Assembly (NCBI RefSeq): GCF_006345805.1
Contig: NW_021824855.1
Span: 1 to 17,439, forward strand
Reading direction: 5' to 3'
DNA from: Octopus sinensis
Taxonomy: Eukaryota
Length of the DNA: 17,439 bases
This document shows, piece after piece, positions 1-10,890 of the stretch. Both the position numbers and the translations under genes were made by a program. Numbering within the stretch: the first letter of the stretch is position 1; each line of letters begins with the position of its first letter. The notes beneath the pieces were generated by a model. That model was given only the letters and a program-made list of their open reading frames with translations, was not told where the DNA came from and searched no databases.

Positions 1-600
1 GCGTGGTGATGATGTTTTTGTTATTGGTGACGGTGTTGGGGACAATGGTGTTACTGGCGTTGATATTGCTAATGGAGGACAGTCAAGATAATGACGAGGA
101 TTGTGGTGGTGGTAGTGGTGGTGGTGGTGGTATTGATGGTGGTGGTGTTCCCTGTGGTGATCATATCGATGTTGGTGGTAGTGGTTATTGTGGCTGCAGT
201 GGTGTTGTTTATGATTGTAGAAGTGGTGTTGTTTATGATTGTAGAAGTGGCGTCAGCGGTGGTGGTGGTCGTGGTGGTTGGGGAGTTTAGTGGTCATAGT
301 AGGTGATGTCAGTTGCGTCAGAGCTGATGGTAGTGGTGGTGATGGTGGTGGTGGTGGTGGTGGTGGTGGTGGTGGTGGTGGTGGTGGTGGTGGTGATGGT
401 GGTGGTGATGGTGGTGGTGGTGGTGGTAGTGGTGGTGGTGATGGTGGTGGTGTTGGTGGTGGTGGTGGTGGTGCCGATTGTGTCAATGGAGGAGTTGGAG
501 TGGTGGTGGTGGTGGTGGTGGTGGTGGCGGCTGCGGCGGTTGTGAATTCAGTGGTGGTAGTGGTGGTGGTGGTGATTTTGGTTGTAGTAGGTGATGATGG
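1..600. repeat. Degenerate (GGT)n microsatellite with a 24-bp tandem duplication (~199-250)
   Basis: Long GGT/GTG runs; gtggtgttgtttatgattgtagaa occurs twice. The poly-G/V/P/T ORFs are repeat translations. Confidence 0.95.
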
Positions 601-804
601 TTTGAATAGAAGACACGGCAACAAGCGTTTGAAAAGGGGCCAGAACATCAATAGACACAATGGAAATAGTGTTAGAAGGGAAAATGACTTTTATTTAGTC
701 TGTTTGTGAACATGTTATAGGCTTTTAATTGCCTGGGGGACGAACTCTAAACCTCCTCCCCATTTAATGAGATTTTTTTCATCGGACCTTTCTCTCTTTT
801 TTCT

Positions 805-818
805 ATTTCTCTCTTTCC

Positions 819-849
<31 letters not shown>

Positions 850-1284
850 ATCTATATATATATATATATTATATATATTATATATATTATTTCTTTACAT
901 TGACAGACAGTATAGGGGCCACCATAGTAAATAGATTACATATACATACATACCACCACCAGCCCTCGCACGCACATATACATATGTATATATGCATGTA
1001 TGTATGTATGTATGTATGTATGTATATATGTATGTATGTATGTATGCATGTATGTATGTATGTATATGTATGTATGTATGTATGTATGTGTGTATGTAAG
1101 TAAGTATGTATGTATGTATGTATGTATGTATGTATGTATGTATGTATGTGCGTGTATGCGTGTGTGCATATAGACAGATTGATAGACAGACAGATATAGA
1201 AACACATACATATACACATATATACATACATTTATGCAAGCATATATATATATATATCTTCATATATATATATATATATATATC

Positions 1285-1315
<31 letters not shown>

Positions 1316-1316
1316 G
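805..1316. repeat. Compound microsatellites (CT)n, (AT)n, (TATG)n with short unique spacers
   Basis: Directly visible di- and tetranucleotide runs. Confidence 0.9.
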
Positions 1317-1894
1317 GGTACACATGCATATGTACACAGATATGTATGTATATGCCTGGTAGTTTTCACTCCCTATATCCCCCTTGTAGTAACATCATAA
1401 ATGCTGTATAGATAGTCGATAAAACTAGATAATTAGACAGATACAGCCACATCTCATCTCTCAACCGAAAAGAACACCACTCCACCCTGCACCACCACCA
1501 CCAAAACCACCACCACCACCACCACCACCACCACCACCAGGGCGACTTAGCTGATATTGTTATTACTGCTGTTGTTGACAGGTGGAGGGAGAAACGGCCC
1601 TTCGCTGGCGTTATACGTTAATCTAAGTCGTTTTGTCATCTTTATATACGTTTTAACTACATATCAGTCGAACCCATTTGAAAATAAAAAGAGAACCCCA
1701 CCGCGCTCCTCTCCATTCACAGGTTCTTTCAGACTGGACCAGAGTAGAAAGACCGAAATAATAAAGGGACCCATCCAACGCCATCTTTTTAAAAGACGTG
1801 TCATATTTAGTGTCGGTAGAAAATTCTTCGTCCTCGTGAGTTGGGTTTCTGTTGTGTGGTACCGTTGTCACACTCCAACACTCGGCCTCAGTCT

Positions 1895-1902
1895 CTTTCT
1901 TC

Positions 1903-1949
<47 letters not shown>

Positions 1950-2136
1950 TCATCTTTCTTTTTCTTTCCTCTTTCTTTCCAAATAAACACATAGACACAT
2001 AGACACATGCACACTCACACACACACAGATGAATAAACAGACAGACAGACAAAAGTAGATAGATAGACAGATAGACAGAGATAGATGGAAATAGATAGAC
2101 AGACAGACAGGCAGAGAGACAGACAGACAGACAGAC

Positions 2137-2206
<70 letters not shown>

Positions 2207-2225
2207 GAGAGAGAAAGAGAGAGAT
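1895..2225. repeat. (TTTC)n followed by (AGAC)n/(AGAT)n microsatellites
   Basis: Directly visible tetranucleotide arrays. Confidence 0.95.
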
Positions 2226-2736
2226 ATGCATACACGTATGCATTCAATCACAGAATCATACATACTTATACAAATACCTTGCTATATATGTACGTGTATG
2301 ATTGTGTGGTTGTATGTGTGTGTACGTGCGTGTGTGTGTGTGTGTGTCTGTATGTGAGAGTGTGTAAAGAGAGAGAGAGAGGGAAACAAACAGACAGACA
2401 GGCAGTCAGACAGACAAGAGCAGTATCTGCTCGCAGCTACACAGGTACCTAAAACAATTAGTGAAAGCACGGTACAGGGACATCAAATCATACTCGCCTT
2501 CATACAAATAACAGCTGTTGTTTATACAAACACACACACACGCGCGCGCGCGCAAGCATGTAAAGGGAGAGAGAAAGGGGAAAAGAGCAGAAATGAGGTT
2601 TGAGATTTATGACTTTTGTTTCCTTAGAATTTTACTGCTGTATTCATGGATTACATCAGAGAATGTAATTCACCGTCTTCAGATTAAATTTTAAACGAGT
2701 ATCAAGCACAGGTGAGATTAAACCGACATTTTTGGA

Positions 2737-3161
2737 TACTCATTTACTCATTTACTCATTTACTCATTTACTTGTTTCAGTCATTTGACTGCGGCCATGC
2801 TGGAGCACCGCCTTTAGTCGATCAAATCGACCCCGGGACTTATTCTTTGTAAGCCCAGTACTTATTCTATCGGTCTCTTTTTGCCGAACCGCTAAGTGAC
2901 AGGGACGTAAACACACCCAGCATCGGTTGTTAAGCAATGCTAGGGGGACAAACACAGACACACAAACACACATATATATATATATATATACATATATACG
3001 ACAGGTTTCTTTCAGTTTCCGTCTACCAAATCCACTCACAAGGCATTGGTCGGCCCGGGGCTATAGCAGAAGACACTTGCCCAAGATGCCACGCAGTGGG
3101 ACTGAACCCGGAACCATGTGGTTGGTTAGCAAGCTACTTACCACACAGCCACTCCTGCGCC
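2737..3161 (-). mobile_element. tRNA-derived SINE, family A, full length (copy A1)
   Basis: On the minus strand: head ggcgcaggagtggctgtgtggt (A box) and ggttcagtccc (B box), CORE-like cttgggcaagt, internal (AT)/(AC) tract, 3' end ggcggtgctccagcatggccgcagtcaaatgactgaaacaag. The tail is 4.5 copies of an 8-bp unit (tactcatt on +, 2737-2772). Aligns with A2, A3 and A4. Confidence 0.92.
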
Positions 3162-3509
3162 TGTATTTTTTTTTTTTTTTTTTTGCTTTTGGATCACCTC
3201 TTTATACATTTGCCTGCGTTAATTCTGTGATTATTTTCCCCAAACTGTTGTATTTTATTTTTGTTTACCGCCTGTGTTGCATACGACACGCTTTGTATGC
3301 TTTTGCAACGCCTCTTTTCAGATTTGCATTGGATCTCTTCAGTTTGGCCACAGACTTTAAAATTATTTTTTCAAAGCAAAAGCAAAAGAAAAACAAAGCG
3401 AGTAAGATGCAACACAGGCAGTAAACAAAAATAGAACAGAGTGGTGACATTTAGTAGAAATGACCCAGAAGTTGTTACTCTTCGATTTTTATCGCAAACA
3501 ACGGGAGGT

Positions 3510-4455
3510 TTCTTCAGCTGAAAGCACGTCGTTAATTAGTTATGCAGGAAGATACAAAAGTCTCTCTGGAGATGTTGCGCATCTTCAACAAGAGTTGGAC
3601 GCCGTATACAGGTGAGCTGTGGAAAATAACATGCAGTTGAATGCTAGAAAATAAAACACGAAGCTGAATGAGAAGCAGACAGGGTACACCGCTTCAGGAA
3701 GGGCTGTAATCCCTGAATCAAAATTCAATGCGTGACCTGTGCATCGATATGAGTAACGGTGCATATTTCCTGGTGCATATTTCCTGGTGCATGGTGCATA
3801 TTACTAAGTTGGCAATAAAATGCAGACGCTTGGCCGGATGAATCTTTAGAACTTTCAGAATAAGAAAACAGGAAACCATAATGGTCCTCTGGAAGACATT
3901 AGTCCTCAGCCATTTAGATTACTGCTTCCAGCTACGATCAGCACACAGTGTAAAATTAACGACGGAACTCGAAGCAATGCAGCGAAGCTACACTACGAAA
4001 ATCGACAGAGAGACTGAAAAAGTTAAGACTCTGCTTCCAAGAACGAAGGTGAGAAAGATATGCAACTGGAAAATCCTTGAAGAACTTGTGCCTACCTTTG
4101 ACATTGTAAGTTACACAAACATCAGAACGGGGCGCCAATGAACAGTACCAAAAAAAACTCAATATTGTCATCAAGATACAGGACCAGATACTGCAACAGC
4201 TTGAGTTTCAAGGGTCCACAGCTCTTCAATATCTCCTCCCACAAAGGCTGAGAGACCTGTGTGGGGTGGATGTAGTTATCTTCAAAACAAAACTGGATCT
4301 CATCCTGTTAAGAGTTCTGGATGAGAAACGCAGATGAGGGCAGCAACGTGAAACTCCCTCATTCACCAAATGCCACCTATCAGAGGAGGTTTAGTGAAAA
4401 ATCTAGCAAAGTAAATGGCGGTGCCCCTGCATGGCCACAACTCAAAGAAAAAAAT
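3510..4455 (+). mobile_element. Decayed 5'-truncated CR1-group LINE (RT C-terminal part to 3' end)
   Basis: Broken YADD motif (tatgcaggaagatacaaaa, 3541-3559), DVAHLQQELDAVYR*AVENNMQLNARK, LWKTLVLSHLDYCFQL..LEAMQRSYT, YCNSLSFKGPQLFN. Stops and frameshifts throughout. Homologous to 16851-17232. Internal 14-bp tandem duplication at 3758-3802. Confidence 0.85.
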
Positions 4456-4477
4456 ATATATATATATACACATACAT

Positions 4478-4797
4478 TACCACCACCACTACCACCACCA
4501 CTACCACCACCACCACCACTAACATCACCACCATTACCACTACCACCACTACTACCACCACCACTACCAACACCATTACCACTAACACAATCACCACTAC
4601 CACCATGACCACGACCATCACTAACACTACCACCACCACCACCATTACCATCACTTTTACCCTCATAATTACCACTACCACCACTACCATCACGCCTTCT
4701 ATATATCACCACTACTACCACCACCATTGCCACACCCTCACCATTATATTTTACACGGTCAACAACAGCTCCACCAGTAATATGCATCACTAACACC
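4478..4797. repeat. Degenerate (ACC)n microsatellite
   Basis: CCA/CTA triplet runs. Confidence 0.9.
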
Positions 4798-5091
4798 ACC
4801 AACACCAGATCAACACCACCGCCACCATCACCACAACACTACCACCACGATCACCTCTACATCTACCATCACCGCCACCACCAACAACACCAGATCAACA
4901 CCACCATCACCACTACCACCATCACCACAACACTACCACCACGATCACCTCTACACCTACCATCACCGCCACCACCAACAACACCAGATCAACACCACCA
5001 TCACCACTACCACCATCACCACAACACTACCACCACGATCACCTCTACACCTACCATCACCGCCACCACCAACAACACCAGATCAACACCA
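4798..5091. repeat. Minisatellite, 94-bp unit (first unit 85 bp), about 3 copies
   Basis: Anchor ccagatcaac recurs at 4805, 4890, 4984 and 5078; units are nearly identical. Confidence 0.9.
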
Positions 5092-5299
5092 AAGCTATGT
5101 TCCTCTCAACCCCTCCACCACCACCACCACCACGAACAAGACCTCTCCAGCCTCAACAGTCATTCTTGTAAGAAGGGCATCGAGCATAAAGACATTCTCC
5201 TCCTTGACCAGCGGTCAGTTTCTGTTTCACTTAGTATTAGCGTTTGGACAGGATTTATTTCTGGTCAATTAGATGTGTTCCAGCTGCAGATACAACAAC

Positions 5300-5425
5300 A
5301 ATTATCATTATTACCATATTAGTATTATTAATTTTAGTAATGTGTATTTATTATTATTATTTATTTTATTATTCTTATTATTAGAATATTATTATTAGTA
5401 TTATTATTATGCTATTATTATTATA

Positions 5426-5477
<52 letters not shown>

Positions 5478-6000
5478 TATAGAATAATATTATATTAGTA
5501 TTATTATATTATTATTATTGCTATTATTATTATTATCATTATTGTTATTATATTATTATTATTATTATTATTATTATTATGATTATTAATAATAATAGTA
5601 TTATTATTATTATTATTATTATATTATTATTGCTATTATTATTATTATTATCATTATTGTATTATCATTATTATTATTATTATGTGAATGATAGTAACAA
5701 TAAGATTAGCAATATGAAACAATAACTCCAGTACAGTGTGAATAACAGGAACAATGACAATAAGAAAGAAATGGAATAATGCTGTTAACAACAACAACAG
5801 CAACAATAACGACAACTTCAACTGCAACAATGATTGCAGCAACAATGACAACGACAAAAATAACAAACAACAACAACAACAACAGTAGCAACTGCAATAA
5901 CAACGTAAGCAATGATAGCAACAACAAGAACGATAACAACAATAAAGATTATAACAATAACAACATTAGGTTCTGCAATAGCAACAACAGTAACAGCAGT
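5300..6000. repeat. Degenerate (ATT)n followed by (AAC)n arrays
   Basis: Directly visible triplet runs. Confidence 0.9.
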
Positions 6001-6390
6001 GGAGGCGTAATGGCCCAATGGTTAGTGCAGCGGACTCGCGGTCGGAGGATCGCGGTTTCGATTCCCAGACCGGGCGTTGTGTGTGTGTTTATTGAGCGAA
6101 AACACCTAAAGCTCCACGAGGCTCCGGCAGGGGGTGGTGGCGACCCCTGTTGTACTCTCTCGCTCCAACTTTCTCTCATTCTTTCTTCCTGTTTCTTGTC
6201 CCCGACTTCCTACGCAACCGCTGAGCCTGGATGCGCATTCATCCATCCGTCGATGCTCTCGGTGACGGGGGTTGACCTGCTTTCTCTTCTTCTGAGGGTC
6301 TTATGAATAGCAAAGGACCACGATTCGGACTTCTCCCACTGCGAGCTCTGAGACGAAGACCGCTTCGCTCAACAGCAACAGCAACAACAA
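6001..6390 (+). mobile_element. tRNA-derived SINE, family B, apparently full length with (CAA)-type tail (copy B1)
   Basis: A box tggcccaatgg (6011-6021), B box ggtttcgattcc (6054-6065). The first ~160 nt align with 8780-8923. Ends in caacagcaacagcaacaacaa. Confidence 0.85.
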
Positions 6391-6467
6391 AACGAGAACA
6401 ACAGCAGCAACAATAACAACATTAAAACCAGGATCATTAAACAATTGTTGTGGCAATATCTGAATAA

Positions 6468-6680
6468 GGCGGCGAACTGGCAGAAGCGTTAGCACGGCGG
6501 GCAAAATGCGTAGAGTCGTTTCGTGGGTCTTTATGCTCTGAGTTAGAATACTGCCGAGGTCGACTTTGCTTTTTATCCTTTCTGGGTTTTTAAAAATACC
6601 AGCTGAAGACTGGGGTCGATATCATCGACTTAACCCCTTCCTCCGAAACGGTTGGCTTCATGCCAAAACTCGAAATCAAA
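6468..6680 (+). mobile_element. Diverged tRNA-derived SINE, family C
   Basis: A-box-like ggcgaactggcagaagcgttag, degenerate B box gagttagaatactg (~6540-6553), central gccgaggtcgactttgctttttatcctt domain, and a ggggtcgat..atcgact hairpin also present in family A. Confidence 0.7.
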
Positions 6681-6771
6681 ATAAGAATAACGATAATCGC
6701 AACAATAACAGCCGCACTTGTAACTATAAGAGTACAACAACAACCGTCGCAGCAGCAATTGTGACCATGCA

Positions 6772-6995
6772 AGGAGGAGGAGGAGGGGAAGCAGAAGGAG
6801 GGGGGAAAGGCGAAAGAGAGAAAGAGGAGAAAGGGAAAGCAGAAGAAGAAGACGAAGGGGAGAAATGAGGAGGAAGAGGAGGGAGAAACAGAAGAAGGGA
6901 AAAGAAGACGAAGAGGATAAGGAGGAAGAAAACAAGATTGGAGAAGATGAAGAAGAACAAAAGAGAGAAAGACAGGAGGAGGAGGAGGAAGAGTG
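6772..6995. repeat. Polypurine (GAA/GAG/GGA) low-complexity tract
   Basis: Almost exclusively G/A on the + strand. Confidence 0.85.
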
Positions 6996-7635
6996 GGTGG
7001 ATAGACAGTTTAGGGGTGTGCAGAAGAATCAGTTTTATATTAGGAAAGGTAAATGAATGAGTTGAGCGGATGAGTGTGTATGTGTGAGAGAGAGAGGGTG
7101 AGAGAGTGTGTGTGTGTGTGTGTGTGTGAGTATTGATGGACTTCCTATCAGCTGCTGGTTGACCAATCAACTGAAACAGATATCAGTGGACACAGCTGGA
7201 CTCCCGCAGTCAAGGTGCTCGTGTGGGTGGGGGTATAGTGGTAGCTGAGGTGACGTCAGCGGTGGTTGTAGCGTAATAGTGTCAGTAGTGGTGTAGGTGG
7301 TAGTAACTGTGGTGTTAATGTTGGTGATTATATAGAAGAGTTAGCGATGGTAGTGCCGGTGTAATTGGCAGAGGCGGCGGCGGCGGCGGCGGCGGCGGCG
7401 GTAGTGGCTGTAGCGGTTGTAGTGCCGCTGGTGGTGATGGTGGTGGTGATGGTGAAGGTAGAGGAGGAGGAGTCTTATGTTTTGTGTGTGTGTGTGTGTG
7501 CATAAAAAGAGTAGAGCGCATTCGGCAACAACACACAGCACAAATCGGATGTGAAATATACTGAAAGTTTGCAAAACCTCACTGAGGGTGAATTGAAATT
7601 GTAAACATTCTTTTTATGCTTTTGTTGTGTAGGAA

Positions 7636-7636
<1 letters not shown>

Positions 7637-7678
<42 letters not shown>

Positions 7679-7679
7679 T

Positions 7680-7729
<50 letters not shown>

Positions 7730-7730
7730 C
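7637..7730. repeat. (GA)n(GT)n compound microsatellite
   Basis: Directly visible; abuts the PLE fragment. Confidence 0.95.
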
Positions 7731-7944
7731 GTGCTACTAAGTTGGCTAGCCACGTATGGAGTTTGAAATCTAAATCAACACCACTTGTGATTAAGGTGAA
7801 GATAATTGAAAAACCCACACCTTATGTTAATGACACAAATATATGTAAGCTATGTTTAGCTGAAAAAGCTCAGATCCTTTTCAGATCTCAGATCCCTTAT
7901 TCACTGCTGAACTCTGGGTCTGAAATTTTCAGAGGTTGTAAACA

Positions 7945-8380
7945 TATTCTTTTATTCTTTTACTTGTTTCAGTCATTTTGACTGCGGCCATGCTGGAGCA
8001 CCGCCTTTAGTCGAGCAAATCGACCCCAGAACTTATTCTCTGTAAGCTAAGTACTTATTCTATCGGTTCCTTTTGCCGAACCGCTAAGTTACGGGGACGC
8101 AAATGCACCAGCACCGGTTATCAAGCGATGTTGGGGGACAACCACAGACACACAAACACACGCACACACATACACACACACACACATACACACACACACA
8201 TATATATATATATATACGACAGGCTTCTTTCAGTTTTCCGTCTACCAAATCCACTCACAAGGCTTTGGTCGGCCCGAGCTTATAGTAGGAGACAGTTACC
8301 CAAGGTGCCACGCAGTGGGACTGAACTCGGAACCATGTGGTTAGTAAGCAAGCTAGTTACCAAACAGCCACTCCTGCGCC
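7945..8380 (-). mobile_element. tRNA-derived SINE, family A, full length (copy A2), nested in the PLE ORF
   Basis: Colinear with A1; 8-bp tail unit tattcttt x2. Confidence 0.92.
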
Positions 8381-8611
8381 TGTATGCCTAAGTACACTTT
8401 GAAGAATTAGAAAATTCCGTCTATATCCGATTATCTTGTTAATATCTTTCCAGCCTTATAAATTGAAGTCTAACGAGAATAATTCTTCTATCTTTTTTAC
8501 TTTTTATTTTTTCGTTTTTCGTTTTTTAACCTTGAAAAGTTTTCAATATGTTTCCTTCTCAACTTTTCGCGTTTCTTCTCTCATTTAGGTTTCAGTGCGT
8601 TAAATGTAGTT

Positions 8612-8666
8612 TGTACCTGATGAATGTTTGAGGAATTTCTCAACACATTAAACTATTAGCAGCACA
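8612..8666 (+). ncRNA. Degenerate type I hammerhead ribozyme (PLE-associated)
   Basis: tgtac-CTGATGA(8617-8623)-stem II atgtttgagg/tctcaacacat-tAAA (GAAA mutated)-ct att ag-cA (GUA mutated)-gcaca, which pairs 4/5 with tgtac. Confidence 0.7.
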
Positions 8667-8779
8667 TAAAACCATAAACTGTGTCTGTTAAATAACATTT
8701 ATCGCTCATCAGGTGGAGTACTTTTTTGTTGATCCTTCCATCACGGAACAGTACATTATATATATATATATACATACAG

Positions 8780-8983
8780 ATGGCAGGTGGTTAGGGCAGC
8801 GGACTCGCGTCGAGGATCGAGGTTTCGATTCTCAGACTGGGCGTTGTGTGTGATTGAGCGAAAACCATAAAAGCTCTACGAGGCTCTGGCGGGGGTGGTG
8901 ATCCCTGCTGTACTCTTCACCACAATGGCGGTGAGCATGGCCACAGCTCAAGAGTAAATGCTAAAAACAAACAAAAACAAAAA
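8780..8983 (+). mobile_element. SINE family B head (8780-8923) fused to CR1-type 3' tail (8924-8983)
   Basis: Head aligns with 6010-6170. It then continues aatggcggtgagcatggccacagctcaagag, matching the LINE end at 4414-4443, followed by caaaaa repeats. Confidence 0.75.
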
Positions 8984-8987
8984 CATA

Positions 8988-10256
8988 CATAGGGTTGGAC
9001 AAAATAATGGAAACACCTAGCATCATTATCATAATTTTGAAAATATCTATAAAAGTCAACTCTGTCAAACGCTTGTTTATTTTTTATGTTTTTTTTAATT
9101 TATTATTAGTGTTGCTTAATGTGTTATGTTAAAATTGCTGTTTCTTTTCAGATATCATCAGTAAAAGGTAATTAAAATTCATTAAAATGACATAACTATC
9201 GAACTTTCTAAGAGCTCAAGTTGTTGATGCTCGTATGACAGTCGTTAGCATAACGAAAACAGCCGAAATGCTTGGTGTACTGTCTGGAAAGTAATGACAG
9301 CCTTTGAGAAAGAGGGAAAAACCACCTCATCAAAACAAAATTCCGGAAGAAAACCCAAACTTTCAGATAGGGGCTGTCGGACTCTTGCGTGAATAGTTAG
9401 AAAAGATCACAAAAGTACAGCTCCCAAAATTACTGCAGAGCTAAATGACCACCTCAAGAAACCAGTTTCCACAAAAACTGTTTGTCGGGGGCTACACAAA
9501 GCCGGATTTCATGGGAGGGCTGCAATCAGAAAACCACTACTTTCGAAAACAAATGTTGCAAAGCATTTAGAGTGGAGTAAAAACTTGCAGAATTGGTCCT
9601 TAGAGCAGTGTAAGAATGTTATTTTCTCGGACGAGTCATCCTTTACCTTATTTCCGACCACCGGCCGAGTATACGTGTGGAGACAACCAAAAGAAGCATT
9701 AGACTCAGACTGCCTTCTTCCAACTGTTAAACATGGAGGAGGATATGTGATGATCGGAGGGAGAGGTAATCTGCCGGCCCAATGGTTTCTCTTCATAGCA
9801 GAATTAATAGTCAAGAATATTTAAGCATTTTATCTGATCAAATTCATCCTATGATTGCGGAACTGTTTCCAGAGGGAAACACAATCTTTCAGGATGATAA
9901 TGCACCAATTCACACAGCTAAAGTTGTTACTGAATAACACGAGTAACAGTCTAGTGAAGTTGAACATCTTATCTGACCACCACAATCCCCAGATCTCAAT
10001 ATTATTGAACATTTATGGTGCATTTTAGAAAAGCAAGTAAGGAGTCGATATCCTCCACCATCATCACATCACAACAAGAACTGGAGACTGTTTTAGCTGA
10101 AGAATGGACAAAAATTCCGTTGGAAACAATTCAAACTTTGTACGAGTCCATACCTCAGAATTCAAGTCGTAATTACTGCCAAAGGCGGTCCTACCCCATA
10201 TTAAGATAAATCTGTTTGAAATTGTATGGTGTTTCTTTTATTTTGTCCAACCCCTG
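8988..10256 (+). mobile_element. Full-length defective Tc1/mariner DNA transposon (~1.27 kb, ~29-bp TIRs), DD36E type
   Basis: Left TIR ca(t)agggttggacaaaataatggaaacacc (8988-9017), right TIR ggtgtttcttttattttgtccaacccctg (10228-10256), TA on both flanks, internal transposase pseudogene. Confidence 0.95.
9187..10204 (+). pseudogene. Tc1-like transposase pseudogene
   Basis: ATG at 9187; motifs GRKPKLS, RKPLLS, VIFSDESSF (D at 9630), PTVKHGGG, FQDDNAPIH (D at 9896), PPQSPDLNIIEHLW (E at 10007), AKGGPTPY* (stop 10202-10204). Several in-frame stops and frameshifts. Confidence 0.93.
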
Positions 10257-10496
10257 TATATATGTGTGTGTGTATGTGTGAGTGTGTGTGTGTATGCATA
10301 CATATATACATAATATATATATATATTATTATATATATATATATATTTATATATATAATATATATATATTATATATATATATATATATATATTACACAAA
10401 TATACATACACATTCGCGCACATACACACAAAAAAAACATATTTATATATATATATGTGCGTGTAGGAGTGTCTGTGTGTGTTTGTGTGTGTGTGT

Positions 10497-10545
<49 letters not shown>

Positions 10546-10560
10546 GTATGTATGTATATA
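10257..10560. repeat. (TG)n/(TA)n compound microsatellite
   Basis: Directly visible. Confidence 0.95.
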
Positions 10561-10734
10561 TCTATGTGTACTTAGCTTTACACTCGCACATTCGCACAAT
10601 GAACAACAACATTAACAAAAATAAAAACAATAACATGATTGGAACGGAAACGTCGATACCAAGTTCTAACTCGAACGATGATGTTTAATTGGAACAAAGA
10701 TCACATGGAGATAGCGGTGGTAGCAACAGTATTG

Positions 10735-10766
10735 GTGGAGGTGGTGGTGGTGGTGGTGGTGGTGGT

Positions 10767-10805
<39 letters not shown>

Positions 10806-10890
10806 GGTGGTGGTGGTGGTGGTGTGGTGGTGGTGGTGGTGGTGGTGGTGGTGGGGTGGCGGTGGTGGTGCGGCGGTGGTGGTGATGTAG
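10735..10890. repeat. (GGT)n/(GGC)n microsatellite
   Basis: Directly visible. Confidence 0.95.

Larger units (their letters stand above)
7733..8754 (+). mobile_element. Penelope-like element 3' fragment: C-terminus of GIY-YIG endonuclease region plus 3' pseudo-LTR, interrupted by SINE A2
   Basis: ATKLASHVWSLKSK..IIEKPTPY..CKLCLAEKAQIL..LLNSGSEIFRGCKH, resuming after the SINE as MPKYTLKN*. This matches the PLE C-terminal pattern L..(H/Y)IW.LK / C.LCL.EK..I / LLN..SE....C.H. Downstream are a hammerhead relic and an end sequence homologous to 14419-14559 (minus). Confidence 0.8.

Noticed and set aside
3-709. Gly/Val/Pro/Thr-rich ORFs on both strands
   Set aside because: Open in multiple frames only because (GGT)n lacks stops; no domain or splice support.
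1543-1630. Hammerhead-like arrangement (cgacttag-ctgatat...gaaacg...ctaagtcg)
   Set aside because: The 8-bp complement is real, but the core is CTGATAT, stem II does not close onto GAAA, and extra bases separate the putative site from stem I.
2927-3424. 165-aa ORF and similar ORFs at 8128-8391 and 13509-13834
   Set aside because: Antisense translations of SINE family A.
4798-5091. CRISPR-like array
   Set aside because: Units repeat entirely with no unique spacers; eukaryotic context; no cas genes.
6001-6075. Functional tRNA gene
   Set aside because: A and B boxes are present but there is no proper cloverleaf acceptor stem or terminator; it continues into a SINE body with a second copy at 8780.
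7149-7258. CCAAT box (7161-7169), E-boxes and CRE palindrome tgacgtca (7251-7258)
   Set aside because: Short motifs expected by chance; no other promoter evidence.
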